DNA of 64,000 nt, taken from Parcubacteria group bacterium Greene0416_36. Lineage in GTDB: Bacteria; Patescibacteriota; Patescibacteriia; VMEV01. Every line of letters starts with the position of its first letter. Within the stretch, counting starts at the first letter, position 1. The notes under the pieces were generated by a model. It was not told the origin of the DNA and did no database searches. It was given only the letters and a program-made list of their open reading frames with translations. The stretch is taken from the NCBI GenBank assembly GCA_007375725.1, contig VMEV01000004.1:5021-69020 (forward strand). The letters are read 5' to 3'. The position numbers and the translations under genes are program-made. Positions 46,993 through 54,779 of the stretch are shown piece by piece.

Positions 46993-47035
46993 GTCATTGA
47001 GAGTCCTGCGTTTTAGCAGGACGTGGCAATCTCAT
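46993..47035 (-). promoter_or_regulatory. conserved leader hairpin element (minus strand: ATGAGATTGCCACG-[TCCTGC..GCAGGA]-CTCTCAATGACA) upstream of pilin paralog 13
   Basis: Second copy of the 43354 element. The inner stem sequence differs but remains complementary. Confidence 0.4.
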
Positions 47036-47097
47036 ATAAAACATCAATACATTATTAGCCTAAGTATAGAAAAAAGACGAATTTTTGCAAATCTTTC

Positions 47098-47466
47098 TTA
47101 CTTGGCACCGATGCTGGCAAGCACATAACTGAGAATCGCGTAACTGCCAAACGCCACGATAATCCCGATCACGGCCCATACCAAGGTATCTATCCCCTTC
47201 TTCACCTTCTCCGAATTACCCCCCGAAGTCAAAAAATAAAACCCTCCGATGATAAAAAACACGAGCGACAATATACCCACAAGCCCCAGCATAGCCTGCA
47301 CTACTTGACCAACCAATTGGGGAACAGATGTTATACCCTCGAGAGGATTTGGCAATTGATTTTTTGGATCTGGTTTAGCTGTCATCAAAAGAGGCAATGA
47401 CCAGACAATCAAAGATGAATATAATATTCTAAAAAACGATTTCATATTTATAAATATCTTAATCAT
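47098..47466 (-). CDS. TrbC/VirB2-like pilin paralog 14
   Basis: 122 aa. Core LGLVGILSLVFFIIGGFYFLTSGGNSEKVKKGIDTLVWAVIGIIVAFGSYAI. Confidence 0.6.
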   Translation of the reverse strand: MIKIFINMKSFFRILYSSLIVWSLPLLMTAKPDPKNQLPNPLEGITSVPQLVGQVVQAMLGLVGILSLVFFIIGGFYFLTSGGNSEKVKKGIDTLVWAVIGIIVAFGSYAILSYVLASIGAK

Positions 47467-48029
47467 TATTTAGTGAAATCCCCTGCCTTGCCTTCCTGAA
47501 TCGTACCATCCGTAGGGTGTTTATAAGGTTCGACGATAGGACACTTGCACTTATCAAAAATAGGCTTAAAATTCCAGACCCCGTTTTCCCAAACACCTTC
47601 AAATTTAAGAGCTTCTGTCTTTTCCTCACTAACGGACCCCAAAAGCAAACTCGCAAATACAAATCCTACTATCTGATAGGCGGCTAACATGATGAATAAA
47701 CCAATAAAAGCTGATTTTATGATCTCTTTTCCTTTTTCTACTTGGCTTGAATTTCCAGCGGAAGTCACCCAGAAAAATGCCCCCACCACAATCATGAAAA
47801 CAACAATTCCTCCAACCAAAGTCCAGAGAACATTAGCAAGGCTAATGCCCACTTTAAAAAAATCACAAAAACCATATTCAGTATTTGGCACTGATCTACC
47901 ACCAACATAACTGGGACATGACGGAGTGGGAATAATCTGAGCTTTGACAGGCATAGGAGCCACACATAATCCCACAGAGATCAAAATCGAAAATACCGTA
48001 AATATAATTTGTATCAATTTTTTACGCAT
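47466..48029 (-). CDS. TrbC/VirB2-like pilin paralog 15 with Cys-rich N-terminal insert and C-terminal extension
   Basis: 187 aa. Core LWTLVGGIVVFMIVVGAFFWVTSAGNSSQVEKGKEIIKSAFIGLFIMLAAYQIV. Extra 60-aa tail with a CKCP motif. Confidence 0.6.
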   Translation of the reverse strand: MRKKLIQIIFTVFSILISVGLCVAPMPVKAQIIPTPSCPSYVGGRSVPNTEYGFCDFFKVGISLANVLWTLVGGIVVFMIVVGAFFWVTSAGNSSQVEKGKEIIKSAFIGLFIMLAAYQIVGFVFASLLLGSVSEEKTEALKFEGVWENGVWNFKPIFDKCKCPIVEPYKHPTDGTIQEGKAGDFTK

Positions 48030-48031
48030 AA

Positions 48032-49435
48032 TTATTCGACAATTCTCGATACCGTAGTCTGTTCCACCTTATCCGCGGCATTTCCGATGATATCTTTCAG
48101 TTTATACTCCCCTTTATTCGCTTGGTCAATCATATCACGGAAAATGGATTCCACGGCGAGAGGCTCGTAGCCCTTGTACCAGCTTTTCGCGGTCAGAATT
48201 TGCTCGGCAAAGGGCCCCATTTCGACATCTTCGATCTGAGAGAGAACCAAGGATCGCAGAGCCGTGGGCTTTTTGGCTTTTGCGAGATAGCCTTTGGCGG
48301 CATCCGCGGAACTGATGAATTTGAGGAGATCCCAGGCTTCATTTTGAAAACGCGATTTTTTTGATACCACTTCTACGAAATAATTCGCGAAATTGACTTC
48401 TGGATTGCCGGGAATCTGGGGGACCTTGCCGATAGCGTAGTTGAGCTTCGGCGCGCGCTGTTTGACGACAGGTATATGATAGGAATACCCAAAGAAAAAT
48501 GCCAGCCGGCCGGAGATAAAGGCGTCCAGAGAGTTCGGCATGTCCGGAGTCCAGGTGTACACCTCTTTGACCGGAGAAGAAAAATCGGTATAAAAACGCA
48601 CGGCCTCTTCGCCGGGGGCGATCACGCGCTTCTCGGCCAGTTCCTGAGGCATCTCATGAAATTTGATGTCGCGGTCCAGGGTTTCCATCACCGCGCCGTT
48701 TTGCATCATCAGAAGCGACAAAATATCGCTGGAACGCTCGACATTTGAAGCTGTCCCCAAGGCGGCGCCCGAGAGAATTATACGGCCACTATCATCCACA
48801 CGGACGATTTTTTTGACCGCCTGCTGGAACTCGCTCCAGGTGGCGGGCGGAGTCGGGATACCCGCATTGTTGAGAATATCTTTATTATAAAACATGACCA
48901 GGGTATCGAAGCCCAAGGGCGCGCCAAAAATCTTCTGAGCCCCGGTCGTCCTATCTTCCCATATCACGTCATAGGCGACCTGATCCACAAAATTATTGAG
49001 AATATGAGGAACCGTAATGCCTCGACTGGTCTGGAGTTCAATCACCTGTTCTTTTTTTATCGTGCCTCGCATCACGGGAATGGGGAGCGTGGTAGTCTCC
49101 GGAGCCGTTGCCAGCTTCGGAATATATTCACCCACCCAGGTATTGTGCAGCGTGAACATATCCGGCCCGCGATCCTCAGCAAAAGCATTAAGCAGTTCAT
49201 CCCGATACTCTTCGAAACGAAACTTTTTATATTCCACACTGATATTGGGATGCATTTGCTTATAGGCGGCAAATGCGTCCGTGAGCATATCCTCATCCTC
49301 AAAGACTCTCCAATACTTAAGCGTCACAGGAGTAAAAGCCTGCTTGGCCTCTTCCGACCCACCCTTGCAGCCAATCCCTGTAGTGACGAGGAGTGCAAGT
49401 ATTAAAAATAATGGAAGTAGTCGAGCGAATGGCAT
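48032..49435 (-). CDS. extracellular solute-binding lipoprotein (ABC-transporter SBP family 1-like), orphan
   Basis: 467 aa. Lipobox LVTTGIGC. SBP-like core (TLKYWRVFEDEDMLTDAFAAYKQMHPNISVEY...GAPLGFDTLVMFYNKDILNNAGI..PPATWSEF). No permease or ATPase genes adjacent. Ends 2 bp before the first pilin paralog. Confidence 0.65.
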   Translation of the reverse strand: MPFARLLPLFLILALLVTTGIGCKGGSEEAKQAFTPVTLKYWRVFEDEDMLTDAFAAYKQMHPNISVEYKKFRFEEYRDELLNAFAEDRGPDMFTLHNTWVGEYIPKLATAPETTTLPIPVMRGTIKKEQVIELQTSRGITVPHILNNFVDQVAYDVIWEDRTTGAQKIFGAPLGFDTLVMFYNKDILNNAGIPTPPATWSEFQQAVKKIVRVDDSGRIILSGAALGTASNVERSSDILSLLMMQNGAVMETLDRDIKFHEMPQELAEKRVIAPGEEAVRFYTDFSSPVKEVYTWTPDMPNSLDAFISGRLAFFFGYSYHIPVVKQRAPKLNYAIGKVPQIPGNPEVNFANYFVEVVSKKSRFQNEAWDLLKFISSADAAKGYLAKAKKPTALRSLVLSQIEDVEMGPFAEQILTAKSWYKGYEPLAVESIFRDMIDQANKGEYKLKDIIGNAADKVEQTTVSRIVE

Positions 49436-49443
49436 AAATAAAG

Positions 49444-49524
49444 CAACAAATCCCCCTTAGTCCCCCTTTGACAAGGGGGAAACAACGCCCTCCCTTGTCA
49501 AAGGGAGGGTTGGGGAGGGATTTA
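49444..49524 (-). repeat. composite double-hairpin palindromic repeat, copy 8 (inverted orientation)
   Basis: CAACAAATCCCCCTTAGTCCCCCTTTGACAAGGGGGAAACAACGCCCTCCCTTGTCAAAGGGAGGGTTGGGGAGGGATTT between galU and the SBP gene. Confidence 0.8.
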
Positions 49525-49528
49525 GTAG

Positions 49529-50401
49529 TTATAACTTCAACCCCTTCAAATACTCTCGGAGACCCTTCGCCACTTCCGGATGCTTAAGCCCGTAATCCAC
49601 CGTAGCCTTTACATATCCCAACTTATCTCCGCAATCATAACGCACTCCTTCAAATTCACATCCATAGAGAGGCTTGGTTTTGATCCATTCATTGAAAGCT
49701 CCGGCCAGGCGAATCTCGCCGCCGCTATCAGGTTCAATATCCTCCAGCATGGACAATACCCCAGGAGTCAGAATATATTTGCCCACCACAATCAAATTGC
49801 TGGGAGCTTCTTCGACTTTTGGCTTTTCGGCAAACTGTTGAATTTCATGAACCCGGCCCCCTAATTCAACTGACCCCACCACCCCGTAACGAGACACCTC
49901 TTCTTTCGGGACTCGCATAAGGGCCACCACTGGATCTCCATATTTTTCATATACTTCCATCAATTGGCCAATGCATGGAACCTTCGAATCCACCACATCA
50001 TCGCCAAACAAAACAGCCACCGCTTCATTTTTTCCGACCAGATTGCGAGCCATCAAAACCGCGTGCCCGTCTCCCAGAGGCTGAGGCTGGCGCACATACG
50101 CAAACGCAGCCAAAGATGACACATGCCTGACTATTTCCATCAAATCTTTTTTGCCTTTTGCCTCCAGCTTCTGCATGAGTTCATACGAATAATCAAAGTG
50201 ATCCTCAATCGCACGTTTGCCGATGCTGGTGATAAAAATAATTTCCTCAATGCCGGACGCCACAGCTTCCTCCACCAGATACTGGATCACCGGTTTATCA
50301 ACAATCGGAAGCATTTCTTTTGGCTGGGCCTTTGTCGCGGGCAGAAATCGCGTTCCCATCCCCGCCACCGGAATAATCGCTTTTTTAATTTTCATAGTCA
50401 T
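49529..50401 (-). CDS. galU: UTP--glucose-1-phosphate uridylyltransferase
   Basis: 290 aa; KAIIPVAGMGTRFLPATKAQPKEMLPIVDKPVIQY N-terminal signature and overall GalU layout. Confidence 0.9.
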   Translation of the reverse strand: MTMKIKKAIIPVAGMGTRFLPATKAQPKEMLPIVDKPVIQYLVEEAVASGIEEIIFITSIGKRAIEDHFDYSYELMQKLEAKGKKDLMEIVRHVSSLAAFAYVRQPQPLGDGHAVLMARNLVGKNEAVAVLFGDDVVDSKVPCIGQLMEVYEKYGDPVVALMRVPKEEVSRYGVVGSVELGGRVHEIQQFAEKPKVEEAPSNLIVVGKYILTPGVLSMLEDIEPDSGGEIRLAGAFNEWIKTKPLYGCEFEGVRYDCGDKLGYVKATVDYGLKHPEVAKGLREYLKGLKL

Positions 50402-50502
50402 AGATATTGTACCCTCCCTATTTGCCTGTTTAAAAAAAATAAAATGACAAGCATTGATAAAATATTAGCATAGAAGCCCCTAAAAATTCAAAGAAAATTC
50501 CC

Positions 50503-50542
50503 AAAAACGTAAGGGCACGGTGCACCGTGCCCTTACGTTTTT
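50503..50542. terminator. palindromic terminator AAAAACGTAAGGGCACGGTGCACCGTGCCCTTACGTTTTT at the 3' end of the 50533..51762 gene
   Basis: Perfect palindrome flanked by A and T runs. Identical core to the dnaN terminator at 62590-62631. The gene's TAA stop lies inside the GTAAGG arm. Confidence 0.65.
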
Positions 50543-51762
50543 GAGGTCATGCCCAATCCATACACCACCCAAAACAAAACCGCCAAATCATTTTTGAAAT
50601 ACGCCACATCGACCATCCCGTGGGCCAATAAAACAAGCATCATGATAAAAACAGGGAGGATAAATGGACTCTTTTCGGCACGAATAGATGGCCAGCAAAA
50701 AACACAAAAAAAGACGACCAGCAAAATAAAAGAAACCATGCCCAAGAGGCCCATCTCAATCCAAAAATTAAAAAATAACTGATGGGGGTAGAGTAAAATT
50801 TCTGTATGCTCGGGGAGTTTGTATTTTTCATAATTACGGGAAAAGCCTCCGAGACCAAAACCCTCAATCGGATGATCGGCAATCATCTTCCAAGAGCCGA
50901 TCCACAATTTATGACGCACATCCGTGGACGGATCCACCGATATCCGCGCTCCCGCAAAAACAAGAAACACAATCAAAGCCGGAATGAATAGAAAATAATT
51001 TTTTGAAAAACGATTTTTTTCACGCATCAAAATAAATGCACCCAGAGAACACATCCCCGCCATCAAGGCCAATGCTCCGCCGTCAGAACCCGATAAAAAA
51101 AGAGCAGCCGAAGTAAACGCAAGCACGGTTATTTTCCAGAAGCGATCCAAAAAAAACGAAGAAAACAAAGGGATGTTCCGGGCAAATAAAACAAGATAGG
51201 CTCCGAGAATCGGGGTGACGACGAGAGACAGAGCATTGGGATAGGGATAGAACGAAGTGATTCGCAGGTCTCCCTGATTCCACGGAGCGGGAATCCAGCT
51301 AAAGGCGTATTGCAAGAGTCCATACAGAGCCAAATAAAAAGACAAAATTCCGAGTGTAATAAACACTCCGCGAATATTTTTTTCGGTTCGAATCGTTTTT
51401 ATAAAAACCCAGAAAAACAAAATAGGCTCTATAAAATAGGCTTTCCATTGACCCAGGGCCGCGCGCAAATCCGGACTCAAAATCACAGCCACAGTTGCGG
51501 AAAGTAAAAATAGCAGGACCGGAAAGGTAAGGGCGTATTGCGATACGCCCTTACCTTTCCGGTCAAGTAGAAATCTTTCCCGAATCAAAAACACACAAAA
51601 TAAAACCAGAATCATCGACTCCAGGAGCGTCATGGGGATATTAAACATCGAGAAACGAATTTGGTATGCGGGCAAAAACAAGAGAATCAAATAAATGCCC
51701 CAGGAAATTTTTCGGGAGGAAAGATAAGCGAATAAAGATAGAAATAGGATGAGAATAAACAT
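50533..51762 (-). CDS. O-antigen-ligase-like polytopic membrane protein carrying an in-frame palindromic insertion
   Basis: 409 aa, at least 10 TM helices. Wzy_C-like segment (SGSDGGALALMAGMCSLGAFIL). Residues KGKGVSQYALTFP are encoded by the palindrome at 51521-51560. Confidence 0.5.
   Translation of the reverse strand: MFILILFLSLFAYLSSRKISWGIYLILLFLPAYQIRFSMFNIPMTLLESMILVLFCVFLIRERFLLDRKGKGVSQYALTFPVLLFLLSATVAVILSPDLRAALGQWKAYFIEPILFFWVFIKTIRTEKNIRGVFITLGILSFYLALYGLLQYAFSWIPAPWNQGDLRITSFYPYPNALSLVVTPILGAYLVLFARNIPLFSSFFLDRFWKITVLAFTSAALFLSGSDGGALALMAGMCSLGAFILMREKNRFSKNYFLFIPALIVFLVFAGARISVDPSTDVRHKLWIGSWKMIADHPIEGFGLGGFSRNYEKYKLPEHTEILLYPHQLFFNFWIEMGLLGMVSFILLVVFFCVFCWPSIRAEKSPFILPVFIMMLVLLAHGMVDVAYFKNDLAVLFWVVYGLGMTSKT
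51521..51560. repeat. GTAAGGGC-family palindrome inside the 50533..51762 ORF
   Basis: GGAAAGGTAAGGGCGTATTGCGATACGCCCTTACCTTTCC. Read in frame as KGKGVSQYALTFP without interrupting the ORF. Confidence 0.7.
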
Positions 51763-51842
51763 AAATCCCCCTCAATCCCCCTTTGACAAGGGGGAGGTCG
51801 CTACGCCCTCCCTTGTCAAAGGGAGGGTTGGGGAGGGATTTA
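51762..51842 (-). repeat. composite double-hairpin palindromic repeat, copy 9 (inverted orientation)
   Basis: AAATCCCCCTCAATCCCCCTTTGACAAGGGGGAGGTCGCTACGCCCTCCCTTGTCAAAGGGAGGGTTGGGGAGGGATTT. Provides the last codons and stop of the upstream ORF 51772..53208 and abuts the start codon of the 50533..51762 gene. Confidence 0.8.
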
Positions 51843-53208
51843 TTCGCCACACCCACCCCACTCCAAATAAAACCACCCCCGCCGGCACAAAATATGTCAG
51901 CAAAAATAGAGCCGACATAATCAAATAGGCCCCGAGATACTTTTCCTCCAAAAGCAAAAAAGGCAGAATAATCAAAGCGTACCAAGGTTGGACCCAGGTG
52001 GCCACCAGAAACAAAAAGAAAAAGAAAAATGCGGAGCCGAATAAATACGGATCTATTTTCCCGCGAATCATTCGAACAAAAATAACGATGGAAACGACAA
52101 TCCATAACCCCAAACACAAAACTCTCCATAGGTTAAAAGTCTCTGGAACCAGCCAAAATCCGATCAAAGATCCGGACCCAAAATAAAAAGGATAGTCCAT
52201 ACGACCAGCTTGAATCAAAACACTGGAGAGAAGAGCGGGCCAGTGATCCCAATCCCAGAATGGGGCCCAGGCCACGAGCGTTACAATGATTCCAGCTACC
52301 AGCGCCAAAAGTGTAGGGGCACAGCGCGCTGTGCCCCTACACTTTTGGCCCTCCCGCCACCACAAAAAAAACCAAGCCGGAATAAAAAATACGGCCCAAT
52401 ATTTTATCCAGAAAGCGATAGCCAAGAACACAAAAGAAAAAACAGTAAGGGCGTATTGCGATACGCCCTTACTGTTTTTTCTGGACAAAAAATAAAACGA
52501 AGCCAGGAGAAAAAATAAAAGAGCGGCTTCATTGTGACCACTAGAAATTCCTTCCAGGAGAATCAGAGGATTCCACAGAAACAAAACCAATGAACGGGAG
52601 GCTAATCCCGCTTTCTTTTCCAAAATCCGAAACAAAATCAATCCCGATCCCGCGATAAAAAAAATATTGGCCAGGCGAAATAAAAATAAATTAAGAGGCA
52701 GATCGGTTCCGGCAAGACGAGTAATCATCATCGAGAACGAAGTCCAAACCGGACCATATGGAGTGACTTGATCCCTCCAATTAGCAATCGTAGTCTCCAA
52801 AAAGGGATCGGATCTAAAAAAATTAAAATGATAAAGATATGGATTAAGCTCATATCCATTGCCAATCCGCGCGCTAAAAATATAATTATATAGATCTTGC
52901 GACAGAACCGGAGGAATCAAAATGAGAATAAAAGAAAACAAAAAAAATCCCGCCCAAATTATTTTTAAAAAAGCAGGAGCTTGATTTAAATTAGGATGAG
53001 CATTACCCAGCAGAGATTTCGCGAAAAAAATAAAACTAATACCAGCCAAAATCATCCAAAATAATAAAAGCCAGTAAGCAAGGCCTGATGAAGGAGGCGT
53101 GGTTCCCCCGGAAGTGAAGTTTAATAAGCCAATCAAAAAAAACGCTGAATACAAAACACAAAGATAAAACAGATACGGTTTAACTTTTAACAAAGAGTCA
53201 GTAAACAT
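51772..53208 (-). CDS. large polytopic membrane protein (GT-C-like glycosyltransferase fold, tentative) with two in-frame palindromic insertions
   Basis: 478 aa, about 13 TM helices. Insertion-derived peptides GQKCRGTARCAPTLL (52307-52346) and KNSKGVSQYALTV (52437-52480). C-terminal 24 codons are read from the composite repeat. Confidence 0.45.
   Translation of the reverse strand: MFTDSLLKVKPYLFYLCVLYSAFFLIGLLNFTSGGTTPPSSGLAYWLLLFWMILAGISFIFFAKSLLGNAHPNLNQAPAFLKIIWAGFFLFSFILILIPPVLSQDLYNYIFSARIGNGYELNPYLYHFNFFRSDPFLETTIANWRDQVTPYGPVWTSFSMMITRLAGTDLPLNLFLFRLANIFFIAGSGLILFRILEKKAGLASRSLVLFLWNPLILLEGISSGHNEAALLFFLLASFYFLSRKNSKGVSQYALTVFSFVFLAIAFWIKYWAVFFIPAWFFLWWREGQKCRGTARCAPTLLALVAGIIVTLVAWAPFWDWDHWPALLSSVLIQAGRMDYPFYFGSGSLIGFWLVPETFNLWRVLCLGLWIVVSIVIFVRMIRGKIDPYLFGSAFFFFFLFLVATWVQPWYALIILPFLLLEEKYLGAYLIMSALFLLTYFVPAGVVLFGVGWVWRINPSPTLPLTREGVATSPLSKGD
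52307..52346. repeat. GTAGGGGC-family palindrome inside ORF 51772..53208 (identical to the intergenic copy at 10447-10488)
   Basis: AAAAGTGTAGGGGCACAGCGCGCTGTGCCCCTACACTTTT, translated in frame as KCRGTARCAPTLL. Confidence 0.7.
52437..52480. repeat. GTAAGGGC-family palindrome inside ORF 51772..53208
   Basis: AAAACAGTAAGGGCGTATTGCGATACGCCCTTACTGTTTTTT, translated in frame as KGVSQYALT. Same core as the 51521-51560 copy and the clpP terminator. Confidence 0.7.
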
Positions 53209-53216
53209 AACTGCTG

Positions 53217-54776
53217 TTATTCCAAAATATAAATACTCGCCTCACTGTCCTGATATCCCACTTTCGCTCTAGGATCTTTGGCCAAATTCTCGTCCAGCAA
53301 TTTTTGATCCGTTCGGTCGACAAAAACGGTGTGGGAGCCGAGCTTACCAACAATATCTCTGGAAATATCAGAAGTCTGTTCACCCGATGAAATCTTTCGC
53401 CAAACTTCATATTTCTCGGAACTGTAGCGATACATGAAGGTCGGATCGAGGCCCGTCATGTAGTAAAAATCTTTGCCTCGGTAATAAAGAATCGGAAAAT
53501 CATCCCAGTCGCTGTTGAAAACAAGCGAACCTTTCGGAATATTCTCGCTGATCCACAACGACGCATGGCTATAGCGGTCCCATCGAAACCCTCCAACCGC
53601 ATCTTTCAAAAAAAGAAATTGATACAAGGCCCAGAGAATGGAAAAACATAAGATATACAAAACAATTTTTTTATTGATGGCGCGGCGGACATCGTTCCAG
53701 GTAAAATTCCAATCGCGAAAAACAAAGGCGCCAAAGAGAACACCAAACGGCACAGCATATTCGATATAGCGGCGCGACTTGAGAGTTAGAATAAAAAACA
53801 GCGCCGAGACTAAAAAGAAAAACAAAGACTCCTTCGACATCTTTTTGATTCCCATCGCCAAAAGAGGCACAAAAACAAAAAGCAAGAAAAAGTAAAAAAT
53901 ATTGCCATTGAATAAAGTGCTAAAAGTATAGGGATACCACTCCGCGCCCACCCCAATAGCCTCGGAATAGTTAAACAAAGCGATTTCAACAGTCTGGATC
54001 CAATAAAAATAGAGATTATCTGGGAAAAATGGGTTAATCACTAGCCCCAAAGACATTCCCAAAAAAATCAAAATTCCCGAACCCAAAACCGAAGAATCCA
54101 TCCAATTTTTTTTATCAGAAACTAGATGGGCCGCTCTCTCTCGAAAAGATCCTGGTTCCTGAATTATTTTATAGATCATACGAGAGACCCAATATAAAAA
54201 CCATACGGCCGGCATGATCAAGAATCCGCCATACAGCCACACATATAAGAATGAAAGAAAAAACAAAGCCCATTTTTTGTCACGGATAAGCAGATAACAA
54301 AAAATAAGCAGGAATAAAATCGACAAGCCAACCGCTTTGACCAAATGAATTCTAAAAACAAAAGCAGGCATTAAAAACAAAAAGAGGGTCCAAATAAGCG
54401 GATAGCGCACATTGAAAAAACGGAGAAATAAATAAAAAAAAGCCGGAAATAAAGCAGCAAAAAATATAGCGGAGAGGCGCGCTCCTTCAAAATCTCCAAA
54501 TAAAAAAATAAAAGGCCAGAGCAGAATATGATAGAGAAAATGATGGTCCGTGAATGCGCCGGCAAGATGGGTGTAGAGGAGTGAGGGAAAAGTATCCGGA
54601 ATTCCGAGGGAGGCCAAATTTCGGGTTATAGCGATGTGATAAAAACTGTCAGGATCCGAAAAAGAACCAAACGGAGCCAGGATCCAAAAAAAAGCAAAAG
54701 ACAATAAGAAAACCAAGAAAGCCACCCCAAAAGGATGGCTGAATACAGTGCGAATAAAAATAAAAATTCTATTCAT
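53217..54776 (-). CDS. large polytopic membrane protein (GT-C/ArnT-PMT-like glycosyltransferase fold, tentative)
   Basis: 519 aa, at least 12 TM helices. First periplasmic loop motif SDPDSFYHIA resembles the Asp-rich loop of GT-C enzymes. Large C-terminal soluble domain. Confidence 0.4.
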   Translation of the reverse strand: MNRIFIFIRTVFSHPFGVAFLVFLLSFAFFWILAPFGSFSDPDSFYHIAITRNLASLGIPDTFPSLLYTHLAGAFTDHHFLYHILLWPFIFLFGDFEGARLSAIFFAALFPAFFYLFLRFFNVRYPLIWTLFLFLMPAFVFRIHLVKAVGLSILFLLIFCYLLIRDKKWALFFLSFLYVWLYGGFLIMPAVWFLYWVSRMIYKIIQEPGSFRERAAHLVSDKKNWMDSSVLGSGILIFLGMSLGLVINPFFPDNLYFYWIQTVEIALFNYSEAIGVGAEWYPYTFSTLFNGNIFYFFLLFVFVPLLAMGIKKMSKESLFFFLVSALFFILTLKSRRYIEYAVPFGVLFGAFVFRDWNFTWNDVRRAINKKIVLYILCFSILWALYQFLFLKDAVGGFRWDRYSHASLWISENIPKGSLVFNSDWDDFPILYYRGKDFYYMTGLDPTFMYRYSSEKYEVWRKISSGEQTSDISRDIVGKLGSHTVFVDRTDQKLLDENLAKDPRAKVGYQDSEASIYILE

Positions 54777-54779
54777 ATA

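Noticed and set aside
49580-50473. ORFs 49580..49864, 50123..50473 and 50217..50447 overlapping galU on the opposite strand
   Set aside because: Antisense to the highly conserved GalU coding sequence.
51641-52129. 162-aa ORF overlapping the composite repeat and the start of gene 51772..53208
   Set aside because: Its peptide (NPPFDKGGRSDLPLVKGG) is a translation of the repeat, and it overlaps two better-supported membrane-protein genes.
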